A stretch of DNA of 63,958 nt, counting the filler, from Octopus bimaculoides (Eukaryota): the NCBI RefSeq assembly GCF_001194135.2. It is 5 parts of 4 records of this genome, joined end to end, with 100 filler letters (N's around TTAATTAATTAA, not from the genome) between each part and the next. Parts side by side here need not be neighbours in the genome. Positions count along the whole stretch, not along the records: positions 15,525 to 41,108 come from NC_068989.1; 4 more parts are not named here. One strand, written 5' to 3'. The notes below the pieces were generated by a model. It saw only the letters and a list, made by a program, of their open reading frames with translations. It was not told where the DNA came from and searched no databases. How positions within the stretch are numbered: position 1 is the stretch's first letter; every line of letters starts with the position of its first letter. Shown here piece by piece: positions 24,321 through 37,597 of the stretch. A program made the translations under genes and the position numbers.

Positions 24321-25624
24321 TAAACTGGAGTCTGTAGTTCTAAGAAATTTTAAAATCCTAAAGAATAGTGAACTATTTCTTGCTAGGGTATAACATATCT
24401 ATTAATACTTAGGTGTGTCTACTTCCTGGAATTGCCTGCAACAGCTGCCTGCTGATGCTAATTGCTAAACATTTCCGTGTTGAGTTAATGATGGTGCAGG
24501 CTGAAGAATACCGTTGAGGTCATTACATCTAATGTCTTAAACACTGTCCTTATAAAAGGTGGGTCCATGAAACCATCACTACCGGATGGAAATCTCTTCT
24601 CAACGTGGATTAAAGTTTAAACTGATCTCCCAAAATTACCGACAGCTTATTTCCAAAAAGAACAACTCACATGTTTATAAACAATTTCAAGGTTTTAACA
24701 AAATGGTAACGATTTAAAGCAGGCACGAATTTGGTTTCAGAGTCTGGCGAGTCACATGACACTTCAACTGACACTCATCCCATGTGACGTCTATTGTTAC
24801 CTAACTCTTGCAATATTCTACCCAGGGGTCTGCAAAATTCTTTTGTGTGCTCTTCTGCGCTTATCCCATACAGTCAGTTGGTATCTCTTTTAGGAACTTG
24901 TTTGATTCTCGAATTATATAAAATGTTTAAAACAGTTGCATCTTTTGGAGCCAAGTTTAAGAGAAGTTTGAATACAGAGGAGGCTATACTGCACCTAGGA
25001 CTTTAACAGACTAACCAGAAGCGTCGTTCGAATTTCATAAGTCATTTCGACAATTCTGAATGCTTATTCTGTAATAACTTTGTGTTTTTTATTGATCGTC
25101 TTTCAAATAGCCTGGAGATTTTTCTGCATTCGACATCTTATTGTCATAGAACTGGATTTTACTACTGTTGCCATCAGTGCTTCTATGGCACAGCAAATAG
25201 AGATGCAGCAGAAAGCCAATGATTCGCAGATCAATTTAAGGAATTATGGCATGATTAGCACCACAATGCATCAGCCATATACATTACATCGTACATTACA
25301 TTTAGAATTGAGTACTCTTACTGTGACGGTAGAGATAGTAGTGAAGGTTTAAGAAGTGGAGACTATCTATGGTGTTGGCTTTGGTTGTAGTAGTGATGGT
25401 GATTGCAATGGTACTAATAATGCTTTTGTCGGTAGAGGTATGAGGATAAAGATAGTGATGGTTATTGTGTTGATAGAAACAATGGTGGTATTGGCGACGG
25501 TGTTGATAATGGTAGAGGTCATGCAGTGGTATTAGCGTTAGCACTGACGAGAATGGAGGTGGTGGTAGTGGTGGTGGTGCTGCTGGTGGATGTGAAAAGA
25601 AATCAAGAAAACGTCGCTACTCAC

Positions 25625-25759
25625 AAGAACCAATCAACAACAAGAATGAGGGTGATATCATCGGTCGGCAAGCCAACGGCTGATAGCACAATAACCATGG
25701 TCACGAGACCAGCTTGTGGGACTCCGGCGGCTCCAATAGAGGCAGCAGTGGCTGTAATG
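25625..25759 (-). CDS. SLC1A: SLC1/EAAT coding exon (HP2-TM8a), 135 nt
   Basis: Translates (S)[44 protein letters not shown](L). Acceptor is ttccttacag and donor is TT|gtgagt. The sense frame is absent from the ORF track and was read from the reverse complement. Confidence 0.97.
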
Positions 25760-25873
25760 CTGTAAGGAAAGAATGAAGCGTAAAAAGTTAAAGAGAAATA
25801 ACCATTTTGATGGAATGCAATATATTCCCCTCCCTTCTCTCTCTCATTCTGTCTTTCCCTCTCTCTCTCTCAC

Positions 25874-25928
<55 letters not shown>

Positions 25929-28399
25929 GCATTCAAAAAGTGACAGGGATAATGGAAGCAGCCAGAGATCCACTCTGTTACAAAGAGCCTCTTATCGTAT
26001 GAGCTGTCAGGCTACAAGTGTTTTATATACATATATTATATATATACTGGCAATAAAATACGAGTTGGGTCTACTGTCGGTGGCCAACACATTGAGGTAG
26101 GAGGTTGTATCACGCCCTAATGATTGTCCCTTGTACTAACAGTCAACTCAGAAGAGTTGTCAGTTGTTTGTTATGTTTTGTTTTGTTACTGTGTTACGAA
26201 GGAGCACTTCGGTTAGTTGCTGTTCGTCAAAGAGGATAAAATAACTTTGAAAATTTTGAGAATTTCTGAAATGTTTCAGGAATAAATTTGTGAGGAGGAA
26301 TAGAAATACCTCTCTTGACAGCATAGTGACAATATTTCGGATCTTTTTTCTTTAGTTGTCTGGTGACTCTCTCAGTTACTTGAATTAAAAGATAAGTTCA
26401 GTTTGTGCCTTCTTGCATATCGGAGTCCAATATCAATGATATTCCAATCACAGGAAGAATTTAAACTCCACTGTCTCTTAATTTCAAGATGTATCATGAC
26501 AAAGGGTTCGGATTCTCTCTCTATTCGTTGATCTGAATGAATTTATATACTGCTTGAAACTGTTTTTAAATGTATAAAGATATTTGTCTAGAGCCACGTA
26601 TAATTTATGTCGATACCTTCTGCTGTTATTTTTAGTCTATATAGCAGCGCTTTAGAAAGGAGATACAATATGATATATTTTAAAGATTTCTGGAGTTACA
26701 ACCATGATGTTGGATGGGTGTATCTCAACGGTTGTTGAGCGAGATTTAGGAAACACTGCTGTCAAGACAACAATAGCTCACTTTCATATTATTTGTATTG
26801 TAGAGCTGGTGGTGTTCGTGTGTGGAAGGAAAATGATCATCAACATCGTGAATCATTAGCTCTTTCTAAATAATTATAAAGTCTACTACGTGTATTCAGC
26901 ACTCTTACGTTTGTAAACATGAAAGTGCATGTGTAATATGTATGTGTGTGTGTGTGTTTGTAACAGTGTGCGAGTTCTGCTATAAATATGTCGGCGTCTA
27001 AAGCTACTTCAGTGAAGTCGATAAAATAATCGATTTTAGTTTTAAAGAGAGACACGACGAGGGAAGGAGAGGTGATAGTAACCTTCTCAATTCCTTACTT
27101 TTTATTATCAATTTTATGGCCCTTTTTAAGAGCACCGTTATTAATGTTATCAATATAATCACTTTTGGATTTTGTTTTTAGCTTTTCTTGGCGTATATAT
27201 TAACTTTATCACATTTTATTATTAATAAATCGGCTCTTAACCTTTAAAGTTCTTTAGATTTTTTCTTCGACACTTTCTTACTATCTCTCTCTCCTTCTTT
27301 CCTATTCTTTTCCCTTCTCTTTATCGACTTCTTTCTCTTCTTTTTCTTCTCCTTCTTAACCTCCACACCCTTCTTCTTTGTCTTCTTTCTTGTGTTCAAA
27401 TTTTAGTATTTTTGTTGTGGCTTATCCTATATTACTGATTTCGGCATTTAAAGAAGTATTTGAGATTATCATTATTATTATTATTATTATTTAGTAGTAG
27501 TAGGTGGNNNNNNNNNNNNNNNNNNNNNNNNNNNNNNNNNNNNNNNNNNNNNNNNNNNNNNNNNNNNNNNNNNNNNNNNNNNNNNNNNNNNNNNNNNNNN
27601 NNNNNNNNNNNNNNNNNNNNNNNNNNNNNNNNNNNNNNNNNNNNNNNNNNNNNNNNNNNNNNNNNNNNNNNNNNNNNNNNNNNNNNNNNNNNNNNNNNNN
27701 NNNNNNNNNNNNNNNNNNNNNNNNNNNNNNNNNNNNNNNNNNNNNNNNNNNNNNNNNNNNNNNNNNNNNNNNNNNNNNNNNNNNNNNNNNNNNNNNNNNN
27801 NNNNNNNNNNNNNNNNNNNNNNNNNNNNNNNNNNNNNNNNNNNNNNNNNNNNNNNNNNNNNNNNNNNNNNNNNNNNNNNNNNNNNNNNNNNNNNNNNATA
27901 TATATATGTATATATATTTCTAAGGAGCATTAACAGCTATAGGTTAAATGAAAGTACTGATGAAAGAAACAACTGCAAAACTACATCACATGTAACCTTA
28001 ACTTTTACACTACCAATGCACATATACTGTTTATATGGGTTGTTTAGCATCCCTGTCAAAACTTATTTTTTTCTTTCCAATCGTTATCTGAAATATGCTC
28101 GATATATATTTAACATAACACTTTGCATCTATGACATACCATAAAAATTTAAGTGAAGCCATATCTTCTCAGATACATTTCTTACTTCCTCCTTTTTCCT
28201 GCTTCTTTCATACACTTATTATTTTTGCTCCTATTGATACGGTTTCAAAACACAAACGTACGATCATAGATGTGCATAAATATAAACGCACGCAAATTTA
28301 ACATATCCGATATAAATTTGTTATAAACTCAAACGCATTATTTAATTGAAAAAGCTATGTTAGTGGCATAAAGGCCGAGAATTCTGTGTTTTACAGTTA

Positions 28400-28700
28400 C
28401 CAAACTATGATGGTGGTTCCTGTTTGCTCTGATCTACGTTACAGCTTGCTCGTGAAATTAACGGGCACTCCACAGACACGCATATCCTTAACGTAGTTTT
28501 CAGGGAGTTTCAATGTGATAAAGAATGTGACAAGGCTGCCCCTTGGAAATACAAGTACAACTCATTTTGCTAACCGAGTGAACTGGAGTAACGTGAAATA
28601 AAGTGTCTTGCTCAAGGACACAGCGCGCTGCCGGATATTCGAACTCGTGACCTTACGATCGTGAGCCTAATACCCTAAATATATGGCAACATGCCTTCAC
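28400..28700 (-). mobile_element. tRNA-derived SINE family C
   Basis: The 3' part is shared with 62340-62726, and the minus-strand head has a B-box (gagttcgaatatcc). Confidence 0.65.
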
Positions 28701-28757
28701 TAGTTATCAGACTTATACACACACACACAGGCACAAAGTGTGTCTGTGCGCGCGCGC

Positions 28758-28815
<58 letters not shown>

Positions 28816-28854
28816 CTGTCTGTTGTGTGTGCCCAATGGCTTGCAAGTACTGAC

Positions 28855-29049
28855 CTGATAGTTACAATCTGTCCGAAGTCCATAGACAAATTGTTGACCT
28901 GTGCAATGAAAAGAGCGGCAACAGCTTCATAAAGTGCGGTACCGTCCATGTTGATTGTGGCTCCAACGGGGATGACAAAACTGCTTACTCTGGGGTCAAC
29001 ACCACAGTTATGTTCCAAACAATGCAGGGTTACTGGTAAAGTGGCAGAA
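28855..29049 (-). CDS. SLC1A: SLC1/EAAT coding exon (HP1b-TM7), 195 nt
   Basis: Translates [64 protein letters not shown] and contains the NMDGT motif. Acceptor is ttttctag, donor is AG|gtcagt, and the phase joins both neighbouring exons. Confidence 0.97.
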
Positions 29050-29417
29050 CTAGAAAACAGTAAAGACAGAAGAGGTCAATCATAATAAAAACAATATAGT
29101 TAATTATTATTATTATTATTATTAAAACAATAAGTGATAATTTGCTTATTAGTCCTCACACCAACAATAAATTATTTGAATTATTGTTGCTTCGTAGGTC
29201 AGTCTTGATTCGCCAAACATAAAATTGTAGGCATTTCAACCGTGGCCATCTAGACATTCATTTTAGACATTGTTTAACATAGCACCAAATACATCTCTTC
29301 ATTTTTTAATACTTTGGTACGTGGTTTGAGGGACATTCAGCTGATACTTCTAATAGTTGAGAACTCACCTAGATCCTCTCCCGTTAGCATACAGAGTACG
29401 CATAGCTCACACACACG

Positions 29418-29460
<43 letters not shown>

Positions 29461-29463
<3 letters not shown>

Positions 29464-29581
29464 GAAAGGATGAAAGTCAAACTAGTGCTCGGTGGAATTT
29501 GAACTCAGAACGTAAAGACAAGCGTAATACTGCAAAGCATTTCGTCCGGCGTGCTAACGTTTCTGCCAGCTCGCCGCCTTA
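29461..29581 (-). mobile_element. SINE family B, 5' half
   Basis: Near-consensus match to 20500-20620. Confidence 0.8.
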
Positions 29582-30012
29582 ATGCCGTGAAAATATTAAA
29601 TCAAGACTATTCATTTTTATTGTTTACAACTTAGAAGTGTCGCTTCGATAAACGACAGAAGAGGTGATTTATACAGCAGTAACAGTTCATCAAAGAAAGA
29701 GGTGGGTGAACGGTTTATCTAACAGTAGGACAACAGAGTCCACTCCCTACTTGTGGTAAAACAGTTCTATTCGTACGTTATGCATGTCCAAGTAAAAAAA
29801 AGGACACGAAAAAATCAATAACAACCTGCCTATCTTAAATCCGGGTATTCAGATTTTTATTGTGACGTGTTCAATATTTGGACGAATCGTGTTCGTGAGA
29901 AATTAGATTGACCAGTTGACCGATGACGTCACTTACTGATTTCTAACAAATCCTGATAGTTGAAACTTAATACGGTTTTCGATTCTTCGGTGTTTTTGGA
30001 ACTGCCAAATAT

Positions 30013-30057
<45 letters not shown>

Positions 30058-30064
30058 ACATATA

Positions 30065-30255
30065 TATTGGGTCATCCCATAAATAGTGCGGTTTTTCCAA
30101 TTGCATAAACTTAAAGTCGGAGGGGAAGGGGATAAAATACCTGCATCAACTTGCTATAAAAGCAAGTAGTAACTTTCGTTTTTTTTCAAATTTATAATGC
30201 CTTGAAGAATTTTTATTCGAAAGAATCGACACAAGAACGTTTTTTTAAAGCTTGG
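30065..30255 (+). mobile_element. Mariner TIR-bearing deleted fragment
   Basis: Begins tattgggtcatcccataaatagtgcgg and is homologous to the start of 43019-44232. Confidence 0.75.
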
Positions 30256-30416
30256 TAACTATTCTATCGGTAACTTAGGCCAAACTACTAGGTTACGTGG
30301 ACGTAAACGCACCAACACCGGTTTTCAAGCGGCGATGACACATACACACACTCGTGTGTGCCTTTTGTATTTTATTTATTTATTCTGTATCAATGTTCAA
30401 ACATTTCACTTCTCCA

Positions 30417-30560
30417 TTAGATCGACCCCAGTACGCAACTGGTACTTAATTTATCGACCCGAAAGGATTAAAGGCAAAGTCGACCTCGGTGGAATTTGAA
30501 CTCAAGAACGTAAACAGCCAGAAGAAATACCGCTATGCATTTCACCCGTCGTGCCAACAA
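30417..30560 (-). mobile_element. SINE family B
   Basis: Contains the consensus core gatcgaccccagtacgcaactggtacttaatttatcgacccgaaagg. Confidence 0.8.
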
Positions 30561-31467
30561 TATATCAGCGTTATCAGCCAAAGACGGAGCCGCTATATGG
30601 TCGCCTGCCTTCCTAGAAATAGTTGATAGAATTTCCTCAAATCACGAGCAGATGCGTAGGAAAAGGAAGACTGGAGTATTAGATATCGCTGTCCTACATA
30701 CATTATGTTTGCTAATAAGATGGGGAGTCACGACTGATGGATTCCGATTTCATGCAGCGAAATAAGATGGCGGTTGGCTTTTGGCAAAGTGGGGCTGAAA
30801 TTCTTTCGATCGTTGTAGCAGTAGTAGTAGTAAACAACAACATTTACGAAGATAAAAATATTACGTAATCTAGTTCAGGATATATTAGGTCTTATAATTA
30901 GACGATCACGGTGGAAACTCTTTATCATAAACCTGTTTTGATCTATTCAGACCAGGGGTTATACGACCACAACCACAACCACAACTATCTCAGTTCATAA
31001 TGTAACTATCCTTAATTATGCAATACCAGGATTTTCAAAGAAATATGAATATTCATGAAGAGAAAAGAACAAAACCAGTCAGCATTGTTAATAAATAAAG
31101 AAGAAAAAAAACGCCACCTTAAGTGTTACGTGACTGATTTTCTTTCTATATGTTGTTGTTATATTATGGTAACGCAGTTGTTGTTGGCCTGTAACCTTCC
31201 AGGTCAAACCTTATCTAACAGATTTAGTGTTGCTAGATTTGATTTTACAGTTGTTGTTATTGCTGTAGTTGTGTTGATTTAGTTAATATTGTTGCACAGC
31301 ATTACCAGCTCATACCTTATCTGGGAGACCTATCGTTGTTATAATTGCTGTTGTTGTTCATATTACAGTTGTTTCAGCTGGTGGTGGTGTTTGTCTTTTT
31401 GTTGTATAACATAACTATGTCCAACCCTTTCCAAGAGATGTATTTTCGGCGTATTTTTATAGTAATT

Positions 31468-31844
31468 ATTACCTGCGCTTAGGCGAAGGTAGAGGTGTTG
31501 TTTTCAGTCGTGTTTGTTTGTTTGTCCGTGGATAAGATATCTCAAGAACCGCTGGATGGATTCGGATGAAACTTTCAGGCATATTTGGCCTCATGACTGG
31601 CACGAACTAATTAGATTTTGGGATCGATCAGGTTCAGGACAAGGATTCTGGATTATTTTTCCTGTTTTTTGGGGTTTTTTTACTTAATTTTTGAGAGCGG
31701 TCAGGTTCATTTTTAGTATTCTCGTTTGTGAGAGCAGTCGAGTTTATTTCAGATATTCTCAGTTTAAAAACCATCTCTGGCTAATCATTGAGAGGACACT
31801 GGTATTGACTTGGCGGAAGTTTGCGCTCTTTAAGTGCTCTTGTT
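31468..31844 (+). mobile_element. Helentron-type non-autonomous element (HINE/DINE-1-like)
   Basis: Starts ttacctgcgcttaggcgaagg, has a (GTTT)n tract, a subterminal ttggcggaag and a 3' gcgctctttaagtgct hairpin. Confidence 0.65.
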
Positions 31845-32341
31845 ATCGATACTTCGAGTTTGAATTTAGTTTGCTAGATTCTTGATGCGAACACATGTGC
31901 TGAAACAAATCTTCTTGTCTGTTGAGAGAGTCATTACGCCAACAATGACAACACATATATTTAACCAATTAACTTATAATAAAGAAGTGGAATCAAGCTT
32001 GTGCGTGTGTTATCATTGGCGTAATGACTCCCCCCAAAACACAACGAAATTATTATAATTGTTGTTGTGTATATATGTATTCAGGTCAAATCTTATAAGG
32101 GTAGTCGTAGCAGTAAAATTTGCTGCTGTTTTACCTTTAGTTGCAAATCGATCCTGATCGAGATGGATTCTCATCTAAGACACTCCAGATGTGACCAGGC
32201 CATCTGTTTAGAACGTGTCCAAAACTACGCTACCTAACATTTCCTTTTATTCAGAACATGTGACGTAATTTCAGCGAGATTTGGCTGCTATTTCTACCAG
32301 GAGAGACAGTTTCATTCGCTGGCTCGCATTTCTCTCTCTCC

Positions 32342-32399
<58 letters not shown>

Positions 32400-32659
32400 G
32401 CGTGTGTGTGTGTGTAGCAAATGAGTTTTATCATTCCGTCTTCGTTTTGCGTTGCCTCTAAATAAAGAGATGAAGGTTATTAATCAGTTCTACAGAATTA
32501 TTGTGTAAACAAATAGGTAGACGGAATTGTAACAGTGTTATGACGTTGCGGATACTGTATATGATTCTTAATGGTTGTCTACTCCAGCGGTTGTCTACTC
32601 CAGCGGCTGCCGCCGTCGCCGCGATAAAGACGAATACTCATTAGGAAACTTCAAACAGC

Positions 32660-32701
<42 letters not shown>

Positions 32702-34084
32702 CATACATAATGTTGTTTTAAACGATTCTTAGATAAACAATCCATTGTAAACATTGTTATCTCGAACTGGATGCCAAATACAGAGCAATAATAATAACAA
32801 CATTAATGTTATGGATCCAGTAAATATATATATATATAATGTCAGAGATTCTAAATAGTAGCTTGATTTGGTCCGTCTGTCCGTGTGTCTTATCTCATAT
32901 GGTTCTCTTCAAATTATTTTCAGATTAGAGTAAACACAAGCCATCGAGAAAACTTCTAGATAAATCAATCCCACACTCTCTCCGTAATTAACAGCCAAAT
33001 CACACCCCAAAGTTCCGCTATCATTTTATTTCTGCGGCATTGAAGAAACAGTCCTCCAGGTGGTCGCTCGAACCGCTAGAAGCAGACGCCAAATCTCTTT
33101 AAAATATGTCCTAAATGTGCAGAAAATTTCAGCGAATGTAGTTCTATGTTATCTGTGAATATGGTCACGGATGGTATATAGTTTTTATAAATTTGCTGCA
33201 TCAAGGTAGAGGTGAGGTTCAACAAAAATTACACCTGAAAAAAACGAGACAATGAAAAGATGGCCGACGTGGGGATTCATTCTGCTAGAAATAATAGCCA
33301 AATCTGTCTAAAGTTTACCCTCCAAACTTTAGAAAGGAATGATGGATGGTAACGCAGTTCTGGCTATACTACGTCTGAAAAAAAGACAGGATGATCACGA
33401 CTGGATCCCTTTTGACTATATGCCAACTAAATCTAAACAACTAGTCTGGTAATCCCTATTTTCGAGGATTCAAAAATTTCAAAAATTAAGTCTATTATGT
33501 GGAATATCAAATCAGGTTCGACTATCTTCATAACGACGAGGTGGTCACTGCTGGAACGCTTTTGATCATTAGTCTACTCAGTCAAGTCTCACCTCAGACT
33601 AAGCAACAATAAAAGTTTCAGAGACGGACCCTAATAATTATTCGTAGTCCCAATCCTTCAGAACTCCCTTTCATTTATGTTCCTAATCGTAGTGAGCCAG
33701 ATAACTATGAAACACCCGAAGATTGTAGACTTAATGTCCTATGGGAGCAGTAGTATGACCAAGAGGGACATGCTTGGAATATTTCATCCTGGGTCCACTA
33801 GATCTGGGGCTGAAACATAACAGCAACAACATAACACAAAAAAAATTAATAAATAAACGCAGTGATGAGAAATAATAATGATTTTTAACATTAACAGGAG
33901 TTTACATATTCTGGGAGACATGAGCCTCCGTAAATTACTGGAATTCTATTTTATAAATCATAAAGGGATGAAAGACAGGGTTTCACCTCAGAACGTAGAG
34001 TCGGAAGAAATGTCGCAAGTAATTTTTTCTGATACTCTGACGACTCTACCTGTCCACCAGCTTAAAAATAATAATTCTTTCTAA

Positions 34085-34295
34085 AATAGGCACAAGGCCT
34101 CGATTTTTCTTTAGAGAGGGAGGTAAGTCGATTGCATCTACCCCAGTATTCAACTGGTACTTATTTTATCGAACCCCGCGAAGAATGAAAGGCAAAGTCG
34201 ACCACAGCGGAATTTTAGCTCAGAATGTAAAGACGGACGAAATACCGCTAAGCATTTTGTCCGGCGCGGTAACGCTTCTACCAGCTCGACGTCTC
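34085..34295 (-). mobile_element. SINE family B
   Basis: Consensus match. Confidence 0.8.
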
Positions 34296-34385
34296 AGTAA
34301 TAAAAATAAAAATAATAATAATAACAATGATAACAACAACAACAATAATAACAATAATAATAATAATAATAACAACAACAACAGC

Positions 34386-34425
<40 letters not shown>

Positions 34426-34454
34426 GTAATAATAATAATTAAAAAAGCTTTTAC

Positions 34455-34688
34455 CTGGATGAGGTTCCAAAAGCTGTAGCCATAGCTTGAAAGATGCCAG
34501 CAATGAATTTGTAAGGGTTCTTCCGAACACAAAGGAAATAGAGGGCCGGAAGAATACAAGCTCCATGTACTGCAAGACCACACAGAACTGTAATGAAGTA
34601 AAGACCAACCTTTCCCAGAAGAACCCCAAAATCTCTCATCTCCACAATTTTGGCAGCAATCAAGAATGTGATACCAAGTGGGGAATAC
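34455..34688 (-). CDS. SLC1A: SLC1/EAAT glutamate transporter, internal coding exon (TM5-TM6-HP1), 234 nt
   Basis: Translates (W)YSPLGITFLIAAKIVEMRDFGVLLGKVGLYFITVLCGLAVHGACILPALYFLCVRKNPYKFIAGIFQAMATAFGTSS(S). Acceptor is tttcctttcag and donor is AG|gtaaaa. Exact paralogue is not assignable, so a family symbol is given. Confidence 0.96.
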
Positions 34689-34796
34689 CTGAAAGGAAAA
34701 AGAAACAAAAATATGAGAGACAGAAATAATGGAATATTCACAGAGCTGCGTCTTCCCACTTCACCGTACACTCATGCCCAATGTCTGTCTATAACC

Positions 34797-35226
34797 TTTT
34801 CTACTCTAGGCACGAGGCCAGAAATTTTGGAGGAGGGGACCAGTCGATTAGATTGACCCCAGTACGTAACTGGTATTTAATTTATCGATGCTGAAAGAAT
34901 CAAAGGCAAAGTCGACCTCAGCGGGATTTGAACTCACAATGTAAAGACAGACGAAATACCCTTAAGCATTTCGCCCGGCGTGCGAACGTTTCATTTTTCT
35001 TTATTGCCCACAAGGGGCTAAACATAGAGGGGGCAAAAAAGGACAGACAAAGGGATTAAGTCGTTTATATCGACCCCAGTGCGTAACTGGTACTTAATTT
35101 ATCGACCCCGAAAGGATGAAAGGCAAAGTCGACCTCGGTGGTATTTGAACTCAGAACGTAACGGCAGACGAAATACCGCAAAGCATTTCGCCCGGTGTGC
35201 TAACGTTTCTGCCAGCTCGCCGCCTT
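34797..35226 (-). mobile_element. Tandem (dimeric) SINE family B
   Basis: A full unit at 34995-35226 with an alternative tail is joined to a unit truncated at aacgtttc. The same junction occurs at 49579. Confidence 0.75.
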
Positions 35227-36454
35227 AGCTCAATGCCTATATTTGCCTCTTCTTTCAAATCATGGAATCAATTTATACTTTTTACGTTTGTGTGAGAAAA
35301 AAATGTTTAGTATTTGGTTATATTTCGTTCTACGAAATATTTTTATTATAACTACTTGTGTTACCTATGAAACAGCTAATACTACAATAGCTAGTAATAT
35401 CATTACTCTAAATACCAATACTAACCACTGTAACCAATCTAGTAACTAGTATACCTATTACCAATACTAACTACTATAGACATCGTCAAAAGTAGCAACT
35501 ATAACTATCAATTGTAACTATTATAATCACCACTAATATTGACTACTGTAACCGCTAATACTAACTATTATAACCATCTTTACTAACCGTTATAATTAAC
35601 ATCAATACTGAAAACTATAAACCTCCTATACTAACAACTATAAACATCATTAATACTAACTACCATAACCACCAACTATGTATTTAACTTTAATTTTGTT
35701 TTACTCGTGCGGCGTTATTACACATCAGTAGATAGACTCTCCACCGTTTGCATATATTCGTCAGACCAGCGATTCCAATTCGTTTCGAGGTGAGTCGTAT
35801 GTACGATACTAAAGAGCTGAAATAAGAGCGAAATATCGATATCCATCATTCTCGTTCACCTACGAGACGAGTTGCCTCGCCTGGTTAGAGAAATTCAACA
35901 TCTTTTGTTTTTGTGTTTTTAATACATGCGCGGTTTAAAAACGGACCTTCTCCCTGACGCCATCCCGCAGCTAATAAGCGCATAAACAAAACACATTAAA
36001 TATGTAACGTCGATAAAGTTTACGTTATTAGAGCCGTTTATAATTAACACACACACACACATATTGGGCAAGAGCTATAGCGTGACTAGTGCCGAGAGTT
36101 ACTACGTGAACTTCTCAAGTGATGAACGAAACTCTCAGCTATTGAGTCTGTTGCTTCTGCTAAATATAAATATAAACATATACATACTCATGTTTTAACT
36201 TCTATTTCCTTGCTTTCCCTGCTTGCATCATCAAACACACACGCACGCGCGCGCGCGCNNNNNNNNNNNNNNNNNNNNNNNNNNNNNNNNNNNNNNNNNN
36301 NNNNNNNNNNNNNNNNNNNNNNNNNNNNNNNNNNNNNNNNNNNNNNNNNNNNNNNNNNNNNNNNNNNNNNNNNNNNNNNNNNNNNNNNNNNNNNNNNNNN
36401 NNNNNNNNNNNNNNNNNNNNNNNNNNNNNNNNNNNNNNNNNNNNNNNNNNNNNN

Positions 36455-36501
<47 letters not shown>

Positions 36502-37023
36502 GTATACTTGTCTCATTCACTGAATAAAACCTCTTCCACTTCATACAAAAATGGAATTTTCAAATGCAACATTAAAAATAAATGACAAAAGATTATTATT
36601 TTTTTTTATGAGTTCAGTTGGATTTTATAGCTTCTGTCGTTTCTAAGATAACAGAGAGGACACTGACATAATAAATCAAGCAAACAAACCAGATAAAAAC
36701 AATGGCACCCAAGATTTTAGGAGCAGAGCATGTTGCTACATGCCAACTAATGTGTCGTATATAATAATATGTTAAGTCAGAAGGTGGTGGCCATGCTGGA
36801 ACATCTGTTTTAGATTACCATATCGAGACCTAGCGCCAAATTCAGTCTAAGATTTATTTTATCGATCTCTAATTTCAAATGGTTCAGTTATATATATATA
36901 TATATTGTTGAGGTCACAAGAACGTTATAAACTTTCGAGAGAACGTGAAATAATTCTTTTCTGGAACAGTGGTCTAAAAGCATATAAAGCTATAAATAGT
37001 AGCATTTGAATATTGGATTAAAA

Positions 37024-37154
37024 CACCCTTCTAGATAGAAAAAGTCGAAGACTGCCAAATATTTAGATGCTATCATTTATAACTTTTGTGCTTCGAGATT
37101 CACTTTTCCAAAGCACACATACACACAAACAGGCATACGTACATAGATACATAC

Positions 37155-37165
<11 letters not shown>
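37024..37165 (+). repeat. Left arm of about 140-bp long-range inverted repeat
   Basis: Reverse complement of 39030-39168 with few mismatches. Confidence 0.85.
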
Positions 37166-37209
<44 letters not shown>

Positions 37210-37562
37210 GGCAGAGTTTACAGTGGTGTATAGGAATACATATACACGCCCCTATACAGGTGTGTGTGTATATGTGAGTGTGTACACACACACACACAGA
37301 TATGTTCTTAACCACGGCTGAATTTTTTCGATTATCTGTTCACACACAACAGATACCTATACACAAACCTGGAAGTACGTATAACACTACTACTGGATGG
37401 CACAGGGTGAAATCTGGAGGTGGACGAGGTTAATAGAGCACTCTACTACGTTCTTAACAAAATATACTATATGCATTTTTTTTTTTTTTTTCAAAATGTA
37501 ACCACATGTGAATCGTTGGCGATTTTTTTATCCCCTTGCTTCTGGGCTTTCCTCTGTCTCCT

Positions 37563-37597
37563 GTTTCTGAAGAAGAGCTTTGCTCGAAACGTAAAAC
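37563..37597 (+). ncRNA. Minimal type I hammerhead (dimer-dependent)
   Basis: Sequence GTTT-CTGAAGA-A-GAGC ttt GCTC-GAAAC-GT-A-AAAC. Stems I and II are 4 bp each, and stem III is the loopless palindrome ACGT. Confidence 0.65.

Noticed and set aside
29924-29931. Perfect CRE palindrome TGACGTCA in an EAAT intron
   Set aside because: A single 8-mer in 64 kb is compatible with chance and has no supporting context.
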